Positions 10,682 through 21,165 are shown, numbered from the stretch's first letter. The stretch: 64,000 nt of DNA from Promethearchaeia archaeon (GCA_029856125.1 JAHQWJ010000138.1:20521-84520), one strand, 5' to 3'. Notes: generated from the letters alone by a model not told the origin. Numbers and translations: made by a program.

Positions 10682-11800
10682 ATGTCAAAAGAAACTGAAA
10701 AACCTCAGGTAACAAAATTTTGCGTGTATTGTGGAACTACAATCCAAGAGGACTTAGCTTATTGCCCAAATCCTAAATGTGGGAAATCAGTAGTCAATAT
10801 TAAACCAAGTAAGGATAAAATCGATCAAGCGAAACCTATGCCAAAACCAATTAAAAAAGAACCTATATCGCGCAAATGTTCGAATTGTGGATCGATTATA
10901 ACTTCTATGGTATTAGAACAGTGTCCTATATGTGATTCAAAATTAGAAAAAATTCCTGAACAAGAAATCGCAATCCAAAGCAAAAAACATCAAAGTAGAA
11001 TAGGGTATGTATTTAAAAATAAAAAATTGGTTCCAGAACAAAAGTTTGTATTGAAAAAAAGCGAATGGAATTTCAGAGAGGGGGTAAGGGTATTTAGTAA
11101 TGCTCTTATGGTATATATCACAGTTCGATTAGTAATTACTATGTTGTTAACTTTACAACTAGGTCCATCTGAAACATTAGATTTAAACATGACAACAATT
11201 CTCTTAAGTCAAGCTCCGGATATCGTTTTAGGAATCTATCCCTTGTATTATATTTATTCAAAAAGACATAATCTCAAAAAATTAGGGGTGATCTTTAATA
11301 AAAAATCGTTAGTAATTGCCACTATAGTTGGCATCGCCGGAAGTATTGGATTAGTTTTAATTGATAATTTTTCGTCCCTATTAATCGATTTTATGTACAA
11401 ATCGGGTATAAGTTTCTACGATATCGTTGCCTATTTAGACGAAGAATATCTTGTCCTTCAAAACTCGAATATAATTCAGGTAATAATACTTATCCTTCTT
11501 TTAAGTTTATCAGTAATTTCCACTGAACTAGTATTTAGAGGTGTATTACACAGAACTTTAAAAGCGCATTTTGACAGCAAATTTCTGGGAAAATTTTCAG
11601 TAATTGTTATCGTAGCCTTGATTTACTCATTTCTGTTTCTATTTTTTACATTACCCGTTGGGATATATTTCTTTTTAGCAAACTTCATGGTTTCTATATT
11701 CTTGGGGGTAGTCTATGAAATTAATAAGAACCTAGTAAGTACAATAATGGCTAGCTTGATTTACAACATTACTCTCATTATCTTAATTATCTATTTCTAA
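10682..11800 (+). CDS. Double zinc-ribbon + CPBP (Abi/CAAX protease-like) membrane protein, catalytic motif degenerate
   Basis: CVYC/CPNPKC and CSNC/CPIC at N-terminus; STELVFRG (EExxFRG variant); multiple TM helices; canonical His residues not evident. Confidence 0.7.
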   Translation: MSKETEKPQVTKFCVYCGTTIQEDLAYCPNPKCGKSVVNIKPSKDKIDQAKPMPKPIKKEPISRKCSNCGSIITSMVLEQCPICDSKLEKIPEQEIAIQSKKHQSRIGYVFKNKKLVPEQKFVLKKSEWNFREGVRVFSNALMVYITVRLVITMLLTLQLGPSETLDLNMTTILLSQAPDIVLGIYPLYYIYSKRHNLKKLGVIFNKKSLVIATIVGIAGSIGLVLIDNFSSLLIDFMYKSGISFYDIVAYLDEEYLVLQNSNIIQVIILILLLSLSVISTELVFRGVLHRTLKAHFDSKFLGKFSVIVIVALIYSFLFLFFTLPVGIYFFLANFMVSIFLGVVYEINKNLVSTIMASLIYNITLIILIIYF

Positions 11801-11918
11801 TTTAAACATAAATCTCCATTATCTTTTAATATATAAATTTAATAATAAGAAAAATCAAATATCTCTAGAGTTATTATTAGTAACTTATTTTTTTTAAAAT
11901 ACGATAAGAGTCTACAAC

Positions 11919-12650
11919 GTGGAGAAAGAGAGATTGGGTAAAAAATATTATACAAACAAGGGTAGCAAAGATAATATAATTATTTCTATTGCAGGAGTAC
12001 ACGGAATTGGAAAAACCACAATCTTTAATCTTTTAAAAAAAAAATTGGGAGATAATAATAAGTTTAAGTTTTTTTCCGAAAGATACATCAAAATTCCTCC
12101 TTTTCCATTTGGTTCCAACGACAAACAAATCGCCTTTCGAAGCGAAATTCACTTTCTCCAACAGCTAATTCGGAGAAACAAAAATATCACTAATTTTAAT
12201 AATAATTACAACGGGAGAGTTATTTTTCTAGATCGTACGCCAATCTGCGTGCTAATTTACTCTAAAAGTCTTTACCTTAAAGAAAAAGACTATAATCTAA
12301 TCCTTGATATGTATAAGTCAGTTAAGTGGAAAGAAGATTGCATTATATATCTTACTGCTGAAACAGATACTATTTTAAAAAGAATAATTCAACGAGGTTC
12401 AATTGATAATACCAGAAAGGATTGGAATGAAGACGACAAGAAATACCTATTAGAAATTCTCTCCTATTATAATCAATTTCTGTTTCCTAAAACTCAAACT
12501 AAAAAAGTATTTACAATCGATACTAATGATTCAACTGCTGAAAATGTGATAGAGGAGATTAAAAACATAGTTATTGAATTGTCTGGATACTCCTTCAATA
12601 AATATGATATTTCTTCCTCTACACAGAAGATATTAAAAGAATTTATGTAA
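11919..12650 (+). CDS. Deoxynucleoside/thymidylate kinase family P-loop kinase
   Basis: ISIAGVHGIGKTT Walker A, FLDRT, IIYLTA...KRIIQRG lid. Confidence 0.8.
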   Translation: MEKERLGKKYYTNKGSKDNIIISIAGVHGIGKTTIFNLLKKKLGDNNKFKFFSERYIKIPPFPFGSNDKQIAFRSEIHFLQQLIRRNKNITNFNNNYNGRVIFLDRTPICVLIYSKSLYLKEKDYNLILDMYKSVKWKEDCIIYLTAETDTILKRIIQRGSIDNTRKDWNEDDKKYLLEILSYYNQFLFPKTQTKKVFTIDTNDSTAENVIEEIKNIVIELSGYSFNKYDISSSTQKILKEFM

Positions 12651-12758
12651 GTAATTATGATAAAATATATTAATGTAAATTTTATGATATACATTAAGAG
12701 AATTAATATTGTATTGATTCTAATTAATTTTAATATAAAAAAGATTTTGGTGTGAAAT

Positions 12759-13730
12759 GTGTCTCTTGCGCAAGGTATTCGAGATAATATGATGAAGATT
12801 TTAAAATTCGAAGAAGATAAAACAGATTTAGAAAATCTAGCAGTACTTTCGAGAGTTGGTATGAAAGTTGCGTCTGCTTCTTCTTCTGAGCTCGATGCTG
12901 ATGCAACATCCGCTTCAAGTACTGCGCTAATTGATTTAGGATTGAGATTAAGCGTAGCGACTGCACACGGCGCCCTAAAAGAGATAATTCTTCACAATAC
13001 TTCTGGTTATAGTATAATTCTAGCAATCAACGACGAATATCTAGTGTTTGGTGGGTTAAAAAATGTATATCGAATTGGATATTACCTTGGATATATACGA
13101 GAATTAGCTAAAAAATTGAGTCAATTAATTTCAGGAGATGAAATTACTAACATGACACTTTCTTTAGATGATGCTGAAAAAGCTAAGCTAAATATTGAAG
13201 AAGAGGAAGTGACATCAATTATGAAACCTAGCATTGAAGAAGATAAAGCAGCGTTAGATGATTTGCTAGGTTTTTTAGACGATTGGGAAAGCGAAGGTGG
13301 GGATTTAGAAGATGCCGAAACGGAAGTACAAAATAACATTGTTGCAATTCCAAAATCTGTTGGTTTAGAATACGAAAAACAAATGGAAAAAGGTATTGAG
13401 GCCTCAGAAACTTCATTAAAGTCAGAAGAGCCATCCCCGATTATTGAGTCGCATTTTAAAGTATACGATGACGAAATACCTCCTGTTCCGCTTGAGGATT
13501 ATACTCCTATGGAGATCGAGGAAGACGAAAGCATACATGAGCCTCAAATCGTCCAAGAACAACCTTTACAGGGATCTATTCCATCGCTCGAGGATCTACC
13601 TCCTCCAGATTTTAATATTGATTTTGAAGAAACCGCCACCGAGTACGATACTGAATTTGTACTCGATAAGGAATCCGAAGCTTTTGAATCCGTTCTAAAA
13701 GATTTAGGATGGGACGAGGAAGAAGATTAA
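12759..13730 (+). CDS. Roadblock/LC7 domain protein with long acidic disordered C-terminal tail
   Basis: AVLSRVGMKVAS, HGALKEIILHNTSGYSIILAINDEYLV roadblock pattern; D/E/P-rich tail. Confidence 0.78.
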   Translation: MSLAQGIRDNMMKILKFEEDKTDLENLAVLSRVGMKVASASSSELDADATSASSTALIDLGLRLSVATAHGALKEIILHNTSGYSIILAINDEYLVFGGLKNVYRIGYYLGYIRELAKKLSQLISGDEITNMTLSLDDAEKAKLNIEEEEVTSIMKPSIEEDKAALDDLLGFLDDWESEGGDLEDAETEVQNNIVAIPKSVGLEYEKQMEKGIEASETSLKSEEPSPIIESHFKVYDDEIPPVPLEDYTPMEIEEDESIHEPQIVQEQPLQGSIPSLEDLPPPDFNIDFEETATEYDTEFVLDKESEAFESVLKDLGWDEEED

Positions 13731-13895
13731 ATTGATTTTTCCAGCAAATCTGTTTAGTAGCTTCTAATTTTCACTATTTAAATCATCTGTTCTTCTATCA
13801 TTTTCATCTTTTCAATAAAAATTAAATAGATTTTTATCTAATCTTAATTAACTTTAAATTTATTTAAAAAATAAAAATAAAAATAGTGAAACGAA

Positions 13896-15260
13896 ATGAA
13901 TGAAACGGCAAGATTCCAAAGAAACGAGACTACTACTATTAGAAAAATTAATTATGGAGCACCTAGAATTTCAAGCTCCATTGTTCTTGGAATTGAACAA
14001 TTTGCTTTATTTGCGCTGTATTATCTTGGATATGGAGTACCACCACTTCAAGTTGGTTTTGCTCAGTCGATGGGATATCTTAGCATTGCAGTCTCTCAAT
14101 TTTTTTTTGGATGGGTAAGTGATGCAAAATATACAAAGTTGGGCAGAAGAAAACCATATATTTTGATATTAGCTCCATTGCTTGGAATTTCTTTCATATT
14201 TCTTTTATTACCTGGCTTCTTTTTACCAGATCTTAGCGATAAAACTGCTCTTTTTGGATGGTTATTAGTTTGGGATATTATTTTTAGAATATCATATGCG
14301 GTAACAACTCCTTATCAAGCATGGATGGCAGAACAATTTCCTGTGGGGGAGCGGCCAAAGGTTTCTCAATTTCAAAATATCTTTGGGTACCTTGGAAATG
14401 CAATTATGATTGTTTTTACATTATTGATTTTAACACCTGCATTTGAAGATATTGCTTTAACACCCGAAGTAACACCCATCCTAGTTTCAGTACCAGTTCT
14501 GATATTTGGCCTACTTGTAATTATATTCTACTTATATATCGCCTTAACGATGCCCACAGAGCCAGATTTTAAGAAGGAATCAACCGAATCTACGAATTTA
14601 ATTACAAATTTAAAAATAATAATAAAAAATAAAAATTATTTCTTTATATTATTAATGGCCGGAATATCTAGTTTTGCATGGTCAATAATTACTACTGTAA
14701 TGTTAACATTCGTAGAAATCGTATTAGGGTTGAGAGGATTAATATATTATATTGTTGCAGTATTTCTAATAATTGGGTTTATCATTTTCTTGTACGTGTG
14801 GAGAAGACTTATCCAAACTAAAGGCAAAAAGCAAACGCTTCTGTATTTGTTTATTTTTGCAATAGTTCTTCTACCAACGACGTTAATAGGGATGATCCCT
14901 CTTGCAGCGAATGCTATTTTTGGAACTATCTTTATTCTTATTATAGCGGCAGTTTTAAGTGGATGGAACCTATTTCCATATATATATATGGCAGATTTAG
15001 CGGAAGACGACGAAAAACGAACTGGACAGTTAAAAGCAGGAATATATGCTGGGTTCCCCAGTATACTTCTTAATATATTTCAAGCCTTTGGTCCGCTGGT
15101 TATAGGAGTTATTTTATCGTTACAAGATATTACGGTTGGGTCTTCAACTTATTCTTTCGGTTTAGTTTTATGGGGACCAATTTGTTCTTTAATACTTATT
15201 GTAGCATATTTCTTTACGAAAAAGTTCGTAAAACTTGATTTTGACTGGGAAAAAAAATAA
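13896..15260 (+). CDS. MFS transporter, GPH (glycoside-pentoside-hexuronide) family
   Basis: GWVSDAKYTKLGRRKPYI; ADLAEDDEKRTG..AGIYAG; about 12 TM helices. Confidence 0.85.
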   Translation: MNETARFQRNETTTIRKINYGAPRISSSIVLGIEQFALFALYYLGYGVPPLQVGFAQSMGYLSIAVSQFFFGWVSDAKYTKLGRRKPYILILAPLLGISFIFLLLPGFFLPDLSDKTALFGWLLVWDIIFRISYAVTTPYQAWMAEQFPVGERPKVSQFQNIFGYLGNAIMIVFTLLILTPAFEDIALTPEVTPILVSVPVLIFGLLVIIFYLYIALTMPTEPDFKKESTESTNLITNLKIIIKNKNYFFILLMAGISSFAWSIITTVMLTFVEIVLGLRGLIYYIVAVFLIIGFIIFLYVWRRLIQTKGKKQTLLYLFIFAIVLLPTTLIGMIPLAANAIFGTIFILIIAAVLSGWNLFPYIYMADLAEDDEKRTGQLKAGIYAGFPSILLNIFQAFGPLVIGVILSLQDITVGSSTYSFGLVLWGPICSLILIVAYFFTKKFVKLDFDWEKK

Positions 15261-15347
15261 TCTATTACTTAAAATCTATATTCCTTTTTTTTCATTATCT
15301 GAAAGACCAATAAAAACAAAAGTAATACTCAATTATTTTACTAAAGT

Positions 15348-16703
15348 ATGACTATTTTTGACAAAGTTATAGAGATTTACCAAGATAAGTATATTTGCTT
15401 TCACTGTTTAGGTAGGATGTTTTCCTTATTAGGAACAGACACTACCAATCACGATAGGGGTAATTCTCTTTTACTCGCAATCACCATGGATAAACACCGT
15501 GCCTATTTATCCCAACAAGACAACCATGATAATGCTAGTCAAATATTAAAATTATTAGCTGAAAAAGCAAAGTATACACCCGCTCAAAGCGTATTAGAAA
15601 AGGAGGGTATTGAATATAGCAAACCTGATTTTGCAGAAAAATGTTATTTGTGTAATGATCTTTTTAACGACATAGGTGTTTATGCTAAAGGAGCAGAAAA
15701 ATACTTAAAAGGTATTGAATTCACTAATTTCCTCATAGGTACTGCCCTCGACGCGCAAATTATTAATAAAGAAGATAATTTCAAAGCCATTCATAATCTT
15801 TTGGAAGCTGAATCGTTTAAGAATCATTTTAACCGAGAAGTGGGTAAAGAGTTATCTTTAATATTGAGTAAACCCGCAGAGTTTAGGATGCCGGATATAA
15901 CTATTATTTATTCAGTAAAATTTGGCTCCTTCGATATTACTTTACTCTTAAGATCTCTTTTTATCTACAGTAGATATAACAAATTTGCTAGAGGAATTCC
16001 TCAAACTCATTGGGATTGTCGGTTATGCAGGGGAAAAGGGTGCGAATCCTGTAAATTTACAGGAAAGCAATACAAAACTAGTGTAGAAGAACTTATCAGC
16101 CCGGAATTTGTTAATAAAGCTAAAGCAGATGGCTCAAAGTTTCATGGCGCTGGGAGAGAAGATATTGATGTGAGAATGTTAGGCACAGGAAGGCCCTTTG
16201 TCCTAGAATTAAAAAACCCCAAAATCAGAACTCTGAATTTGAAAAAAATTCAAAATAAAGTAAATAAAAGTAATAAGAAAAAAATTAAAGTATCAGATTT
16301 AATATATAGTAGTAAGGAACGAGTTAAAAATTTGAAACTTAGTGCTGAAAACACAAAGAAAGTCTACGAAGCCATAGTAATCTCTAAAGAAAAGATTTCA
16401 AAAGACACTTTCGATGTTCTTTTAAAAAAATTGAAGACTGTTTACGAAAAACAAAAACTTCAACAAAGAACACCAATAAGGGTATCCCATCGTCGTGCAG
16501 ATAAGATAAGAGAAAAAAAGATTTTTCGAGTAGAAGGCAAATTCATTAAACCAAATGTTTCAGAATTCATCGTAGAAGCTCAAGGTGGAACATATATTAA
16601 AGAACTTATAAGTGGTGATAATGGAAGAACAACACCCTCTTTCTCTGATGTATACGGATTCTCTTTAGAATGTAAAAAATTAGATGTTCTTGAAATATAT
16701 TAA
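15348..16703 (+). CDS. pus10: tRNA pseudouridine(54/55) synthase Pus10
   Basis: GIPQTHW, FHGAGREDIDVRMLGTGRPF, QRTPIRVSHRR, GGTYIKELISGD. Confidence 0.95.
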   Translation: MTIFDKVIEIYQDKYICFHCLGRMFSLLGTDTTNHDRGNSLLLAITMDKHRAYLSQQDNHDNASQILKLLAEKAKYTPAQSVLEKEGIEYSKPDFAEKCYLCNDLFNDIGVYAKGAEKYLKGIEFTNFLIGTALDAQIINKEDNFKAIHNLLEAESFKNHFNREVGKELSLILSKPAEFRMPDITIIYSVKFGSFDITLLLRSLFIYSRYNKFARGIPQTHWDCRLCRGKGCESCKFTGKQYKTSVEELISPEFVNKAKADGSKFHGAGREDIDVRMLGTGRPFVLELKNPKIRTLNLKKIQNKVNKSNKKKIKVSDLIYSSKERVKNLKLSAENTKKVYEAIVISKEKISKDTFDVLLKKLKTVYEKQKLQQRTPIRVSHRRADKIREKKIFRVEGKFIKPNVSEFIVEAQGGTYIKELISGDNGRTTPSFSDVYGFSLECKKLDVLEIY

Positions 16704-16796
16704 TTCTCTTGTTAAAGAAGTGAAATCAAAAAATAAATAAATTATTATAAATTAAATAAATTATCAATACAATTCAAAATAGTTTAGGGAATTAAT

Positions 16797-17102
16797 TTGA
16801 CATTACATAAAGGTTACCGGAACAAGTCTCGCCAAAGACACCGAAAAAACGTAAGAGACCGGGGCTTAGGTTCCATTGAGAAATATTTAATTGATTATGA
16901 AATAAATGATAAAGTAGACGTTATTACCGATCCTTCTCAGCATAAAAGAGGATTTCCTCACAGGAGATATCATGGAAAAACCGGAACCGTTAAGGGTATA
17001 CGAGGAAGGTGCTACGAAGTTGAAGTTAAATTAGGCAATTCAAAGAAACTTCTTATCATTGGCAAAGAACACTTACGTTCTAATAAAGGTTCAGCCCAAT
17101 AA
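16797..17102 (+). CDS. rpl21e: 50S ribosomal protein L21e
   Basis: GFPHRRYHGKTGTV signature; pus10-rpl21e-rpoF synteny; TTG start. Confidence 0.95.
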   Translation: MTLHKGYRNKSRQRHRKNVRDRGLGSIEKYLIDYEINDKVDVITDPSQHKRGFPHRRYHGKTGTVKGIRGRCYEVEVKLGNSKKLLIIGKEHLRSNKGSAQ

Positions 17103-17134
17103 CGCATTTATCAATTTGAGGGGAGAAAAAATAT

Positions 17135-17500
17135 ATGTCTGGACGCAAAATTAATGAAAAAACTGTTTCTATACCAGAAGTAAAAAAAATTATGGAAGCT
17201 GTCAAGGAGAAAATCGAAAAAATTGACAGTGAAGAAGGTTTATCTCACTTTCAAGAAATTACTTATAATTATGTTAACAAATTTTCTAAAATGAGTGAAA
17301 AAGATGCGATAAAAGTTCAGAAATTGTTAATTGAGAAGTACGAAATCGAAGAAAATTACGCAATAACCATTGTAAACATTGATCCACACACAGTTCCGGA
17401 ACTTAGAATGATCTTAGAGAAAAGTTTTACTGGAAAATCGTTAAATGACGAACAATTACAAGATCTTTTAGCGCAAATAGAAGAACTTAAATCTTCTTAA
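17135..17500 (+). CDS. rpoF: RNA polymerase subunit Rpo4/RpoF
   Basis: VSIPEVKKIM, YVNKFSK, IVNIDPHTVPELRMIL; conserved position after rpl21e. Confidence 0.9.
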   Translation: MSGRKINEKTVSIPEVKKIMEAVKEKIEKIDSEEGLSHFQEITYNYVNKFSKMSEKDAIKVQKLLIEKYEIEENYAITIVNIDPHTVPELRMILEKSFTGKSLNDEQLQDLLAQIEELKSS

Positions 17501-17664
17501 AAAAAAATAAGTTATAAATTTTTTTAAAAGCGTATTAAACAACGAAGAATTTATAAATTCTTATTGTTTTAAATTTTAATGAGCAATCCTTGTTAAAAAA
17601 GGAATATATTAAAAATAATATATTATGCACTTCAGGATAGTAAATAATTATAAGAGTGGTTGGT

Positions 17665-18321
17665 ATGGACAGGAATCGGGATCGAGATCGATACAGAAGG
17701 CCTCCTCAAAGACCCAGATATCAAAGAAGAGACCCAAGAAAAAAGAAACAATTCATCAAGAAGTTTCGAGAACTTGTCGTCTTAGATTTATTACTCCATG
17801 GTCATCCTGAAGAAGATAAACCAAGCTGGTCAAAAACTCCAATTGCACAAGTACTTACTTTTCCAGATTTTGTATTATATGAAGTTAAATGCAACAGAGA
17901 TTCAGATATAAAGATACAAGAAAAAGGATTGTATGAGGGCTTTCAGCAACAAAATAAGTTGAGGGAAGTTTTAAAAAAAATTAATTATCAAGACCTTACA
18001 AATACAGCAAAAGCCCTAATTCAACCGATACTTGAAAAAGAAATATTAAATTATGAGGAGGAATTCATAAACTTCTTTAATAACTCCACTTCTATAACTC
18101 CCCGAATGCATTCTCTTAAATTATTGCCTGGAATAGGACAGAAACATATGTGGGATATACTAGAATCTAGACAAAGACAAAAATTCACTACTTTTCAAGA
18201 TATTTCTGATCGGACGAGCTTATCGCATCCAGCAAAACAACTTACTTTAAGAATCATTAAAGAACTGAAACGTGAGGGAATAAAGTACTACTTGTTCTCG
18301 AAGACTCAAAAATACGAATGA
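17665..18321 (+). CDS. DUF655 family putative RNA-binding HhH protein with Arg/Asp-rich N-terminal extension
   Basis: VVLDLL, PIAQVL, FINFFN..SITPRMHSLKLLPGIGQKHMW; rpoF-DUF655-rsmA synteny. Confidence 0.85.
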   Translation: MDRNRDRDRYRRPPQRPRYQRRDPRKKKQFIKKFRELVVLDLLLHGHPEEDKPSWSKTPIAQVLTFPDFVLYEVKCNRDSDIKIQEKGLYEGFQQQNKLREVLKKINYQDLTNTAKALIQPILEKEILNYEEEFINFFNNSTSITPRMHSLKLLPGIGQKHMWDILESRQRQKFTTFQDISDRTSLSHPAKQLTLRIIKELKREGIKYYLFSKTQKYE

Positions 18322-19175
18322 ATAATATGAATAAAAGCGAAGTTTTACTTATTTTAAAACAATTAGGAATTAGACCAAAAAAAAATCTAGGTCAAAACTT
18401 TCTCATCAATAAAAATACTGTTTCTAAAATAATCTTAGAATCACACATTAAAATAACACAATCAATTTTAGAAATAGGACCCGGTTTAGGGGCACTGACT
18501 GAAGATTTGGTCAAAAAATCAAACCAAATCTATGCTTATGAAATAGATTCTGTTTTGTTTTCTTATCTTTCAAATAAGTTTTCCAGCTATGAAAATTTAA
18601 AGCTATTTAACGAAGATATTCTAAAAGCGAAAATTCCTTTGCACGATCTTATAATTTCAAATATACCTTATTCTATTACAGGTCCTATATTTGAAAAAGT
18701 TTTTTATAACGCACAACCTCCGCGTGGTGCTTTAGTAATTGAAAATAGTATTGCCGAAAGACTTTTTAATAAAAAAAGTTATAAATCCTTCTCAAGAATA
18801 ACTGTTACCTTTAACGCTTTCATGAAACCAGTGAGAAAATTTAAGATTTCTAGATTTGATTTTTTTCCCCCTCCTAAAATTGAATTAGCTTTAGTTATTG
18901 TCGAGCCTAGAAAGGATATCGATAAATTGTTATTATCCGATGATGGGAGGACCTTCTTCTTAAAGTTTGTTGCTGGAATAATGCCCTATAAAAATAAAAA
19001 TATGGCAAATACATTATATTATTTCATAAAAAATGATAAAAATTTTACATACTCAAAACAACATATCGAAGATTTTTTGCATGAAAATCAAATAAAAAAT
19101 GATAAACTAGCTAGTTTTAGTGTGGATGAAATCGTTGAATTAAGTAGCAAGTTTTTTACATTCATAAACAACTAA
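18318..19175 (+). CDS. rsmA: 16S rRNA m6,6A dimethyltransferase
   Basis: PKKNLGQNFL, LEIGPGLGALT, ISNIPYSIT, FFPPPKI. Confidence 0.93.
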   Translation: MNNMNKSEVLLILKQLGIRPKKNLGQNFLINKNTVSKIILESHIKITQSILEIGPGLGALTEDLVKKSNQIYAYEIDSVLFSYLSNKFSSYENLKLFNEDILKAKIPLHDLIISNIPYSITGPIFEKVFYNAQPPRGALVIENSIAERLFNKKSYKSFSRITVTFNAFMKPVRKFKISRFDFFPPPKIELALVIVEPRKDIDKLLLSDDGRTFFLKFVAGIMPYKNKNMANTLYYFIKNDKNFTYSKQHIEDFLHENQIKNDKLASFSVDEIVELSSKFFTFINN

Positions 19176-19185
19176 TTCTATTCAG

Positions 19186-19878
19186 ATGGTGAAAAATATT
19201 AATTCTTTTCCAGATCCAAGTATTCTTTATACTTTTGATGAAGTATATCCTCCTTCCGATGATACATATTTAATTATTGATTATTTTAAAAAAGAAATTA
19301 ACGAAAACTTCTTTGATGGCTTACCAATCAATAGTATTAAAAAGATCTTAGATATGGGAACTGGAACTGGGATAATCGCTTTATTCTTTCAAGAAATTAA
19401 AAAATATTTATCAAATTTCACATCCAAAATATATGCATCAGACATATCAGATGCAGCTATTAGATGTGCTACGTTAAATGAAAAAACAATTAATTACAAA
19501 AATAATATTAACTTTATCAAATCTGATCTATTTAGAAAATTTCCGCCAAATCTTCAACAATCGTTTGATATTATTGTTTTTAATCCACCTTATTTACCCT
19601 CTATTAGTGATAAAGAAAATAATATCATTCGTAGGCGTAGTGATTCTAATTGGGATGGAGGAGAGCGTGGTTTTGAAGTTTTCCTTGAATTTTTAAGACA
19701 AGTAAAAGATTTTCTAAATTCAGAACAGAAATATTATATTTATTATATCAGTTCAAGTTCAACGGATTTAAGTGAGTTAAACGAAGAACTGGAAATACTA
19801 GGGTTTCAGAATAGTGTTTTAAATAAAAGGCATATATTTTTCGAAGATATAATATTGAATCGACTGGAAGAACTCTAA
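19186..19878 (+). CDS. HemK2/PrmC-like methyltransferase
   Basis: VYPPSDDTYL, LDMGTGTG, FNPPYLP, WDGGERG. Confidence 0.88.
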   Translation: MVKNINSFPDPSILYTFDEVYPPSDDTYLIIDYFKKEINENFFDGLPINSIKKILDMGTGTGIIALFFQEIKKYLSNFTSKIYASDISDAAIRCATLNEKTINYKNNINFIKSDLFRKFPPNLQQSFDIIVFNPPYLPSISDKENNIIRRRSDSNWDGGERGFEVFLEFLRQVKDFLNSEQKYYIYYISSSSTDLSELNEELEILGFQNSVLNKRHIFFEDIILNRLEEL

Positions 19879-19881
19879 AGT

Positions 19882-21165
19882 TTACTTAAAAGGTCTCCTC
19901 GTTCTACGCTTTTCTAACAAAGAAACTCCATGAACTTTCAAAGTTCTAGATAAACTATTAAACAGTAGATCGATCTCTTGAGGCTTAAATACTGCTCTTT
20001 TATGTGCTTCGATTTGCGGTATTGGCAATCCGTAAAATTCATTAAGGCTTGAGATCGGAAGGAGGATTGAAGATATTAAATCAGCTTTTTCGGAAGCTTC
20101 TTTTAAATCACAATTTTCATCCATAAAAAACTCAATTCTACATGGCGTATCGTAAGTCGCAGTTTTTAAGTAGAAAGCATAAAAATTAAAAGGAAAATAG
20201 TATGGAATCTCTTTTTTTATCCCGGTATCCCTTATTTTGTCTACTTCTTTTTTACAATTGAAAATACAACTTCTCTCTGTTTTCCGCAATACTCTATTGT
20301 ATAAATCTAAATCAGAAAAGTAGTCTAAAATCTGACGATAATTAATTTTTATGAAATCAGATAGATTCGTAACATTCGGTTTTAACATCTGTATGGTTCT
20401 TCTTAAGAGATTAGTTAACGCTGATGTCCGCGTATCTTTTATCGAACCGATCAAAATTATTCCCTTCTCAATGCAAGTAGAATATAGCTTTTGATATTCC
20501 TTTAACAATTTATCGTATCTCTTAGAAATTTCTAAATCCTTAGTAAATATCAGATTTATGGGCATTATTACTACTGACCCATCTAAAATAATTAAGTCTA
20601 CTTCGCTCTTCTTTTCGATTAAATTATTTAAAAGATTAATTTCCATAAAAGTCATGTCCATCGAAGTCTTGGCTTCTACCACATTTTCCTTCCGATTCAA
20701 ATAATTTCCTTGGACATTATAATTATTAAACCCTGCTAAGTCAGGAAAGTACTCAATTCGAGATGATTGGTTTTCATAAAAATAGTACTTCACAGCAATA
20801 GCCTTTAAGAAAGAAAAATCTACATTCATGAATTTTTTTACAACAGAACTTCCATCCACACTTACTATGTTTAAACCTCTTATGTTAGATGCCGAAGTTA
20901 GTTTTCTAATAAAATTTTCTTTAATATCATAATTTGGATATTTCAGTAATTCTTTAAAATCCAGACTTTCAAGATTACCTAAAAGTATTTCTACAAATTT
21001 TTTTTTCATTCGTTCGATTCCAATATATTCTTGAGCGAGATTCTTTAAATTTGTTAATAAAATCTGTTCTTTGGTAAAACCGGAGTCACCGGAGCTAGTG
21101 GAGTTAAAGGAACTAGAATTTAGATTTATGTTCCTCTGATTTGATGTATTATTTCTAACTGTCAT
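19882..21165 (-). CDS. nurA: NurA-family nuclease
   Basis: VSVDGS, IILDGS, GSIKDTRT, YGLPIPQIEAHKRAV, C-terminal RRTRRPF. Confidence 0.82.
   Translation of the reverse strand: MTVRNNTSNQRNINLNSSSFNSTSSGDSGFTKEQILLTNLKNLAQEYIGIERMKKKFVEILLGNLESLDFKELLKYPNYDIKENFIRKLTSASNIRGLNIVSVDGSSVVKKFMNVDFSFLKAIAVKYYFYENQSSRIEYFPDLAGFNNYNVQGNYLNRKENVVEAKTSMDMTFMEINLLNNLIEKKSEVDLIILDGSVVIMPINLIFTKDLEISKRYDKLLKEYQKLYSTCIEKGIILIGSIKDTRTSALTNLLRRTIQMLKPNVTNLSDFIKINYRQILDYFSDLDLYNRVLRKTERSCIFNCKKEVDKIRDTGIKKEIPYYFPFNFYAFYLKTATYDTPCRIEFFMDENCDLKEASEKADLISSILLPISSLNEFYGLPIPQIEAHKRAVFKPQEIDLLFNSLSRTLKVHGVSLLEKRRTRRPFK

Noticed and set aside
17625-17810. 61-aa ORF overlapping the DUF655 start
   Set aside because: Alternate frame of a purine-rich low-complexity segment.
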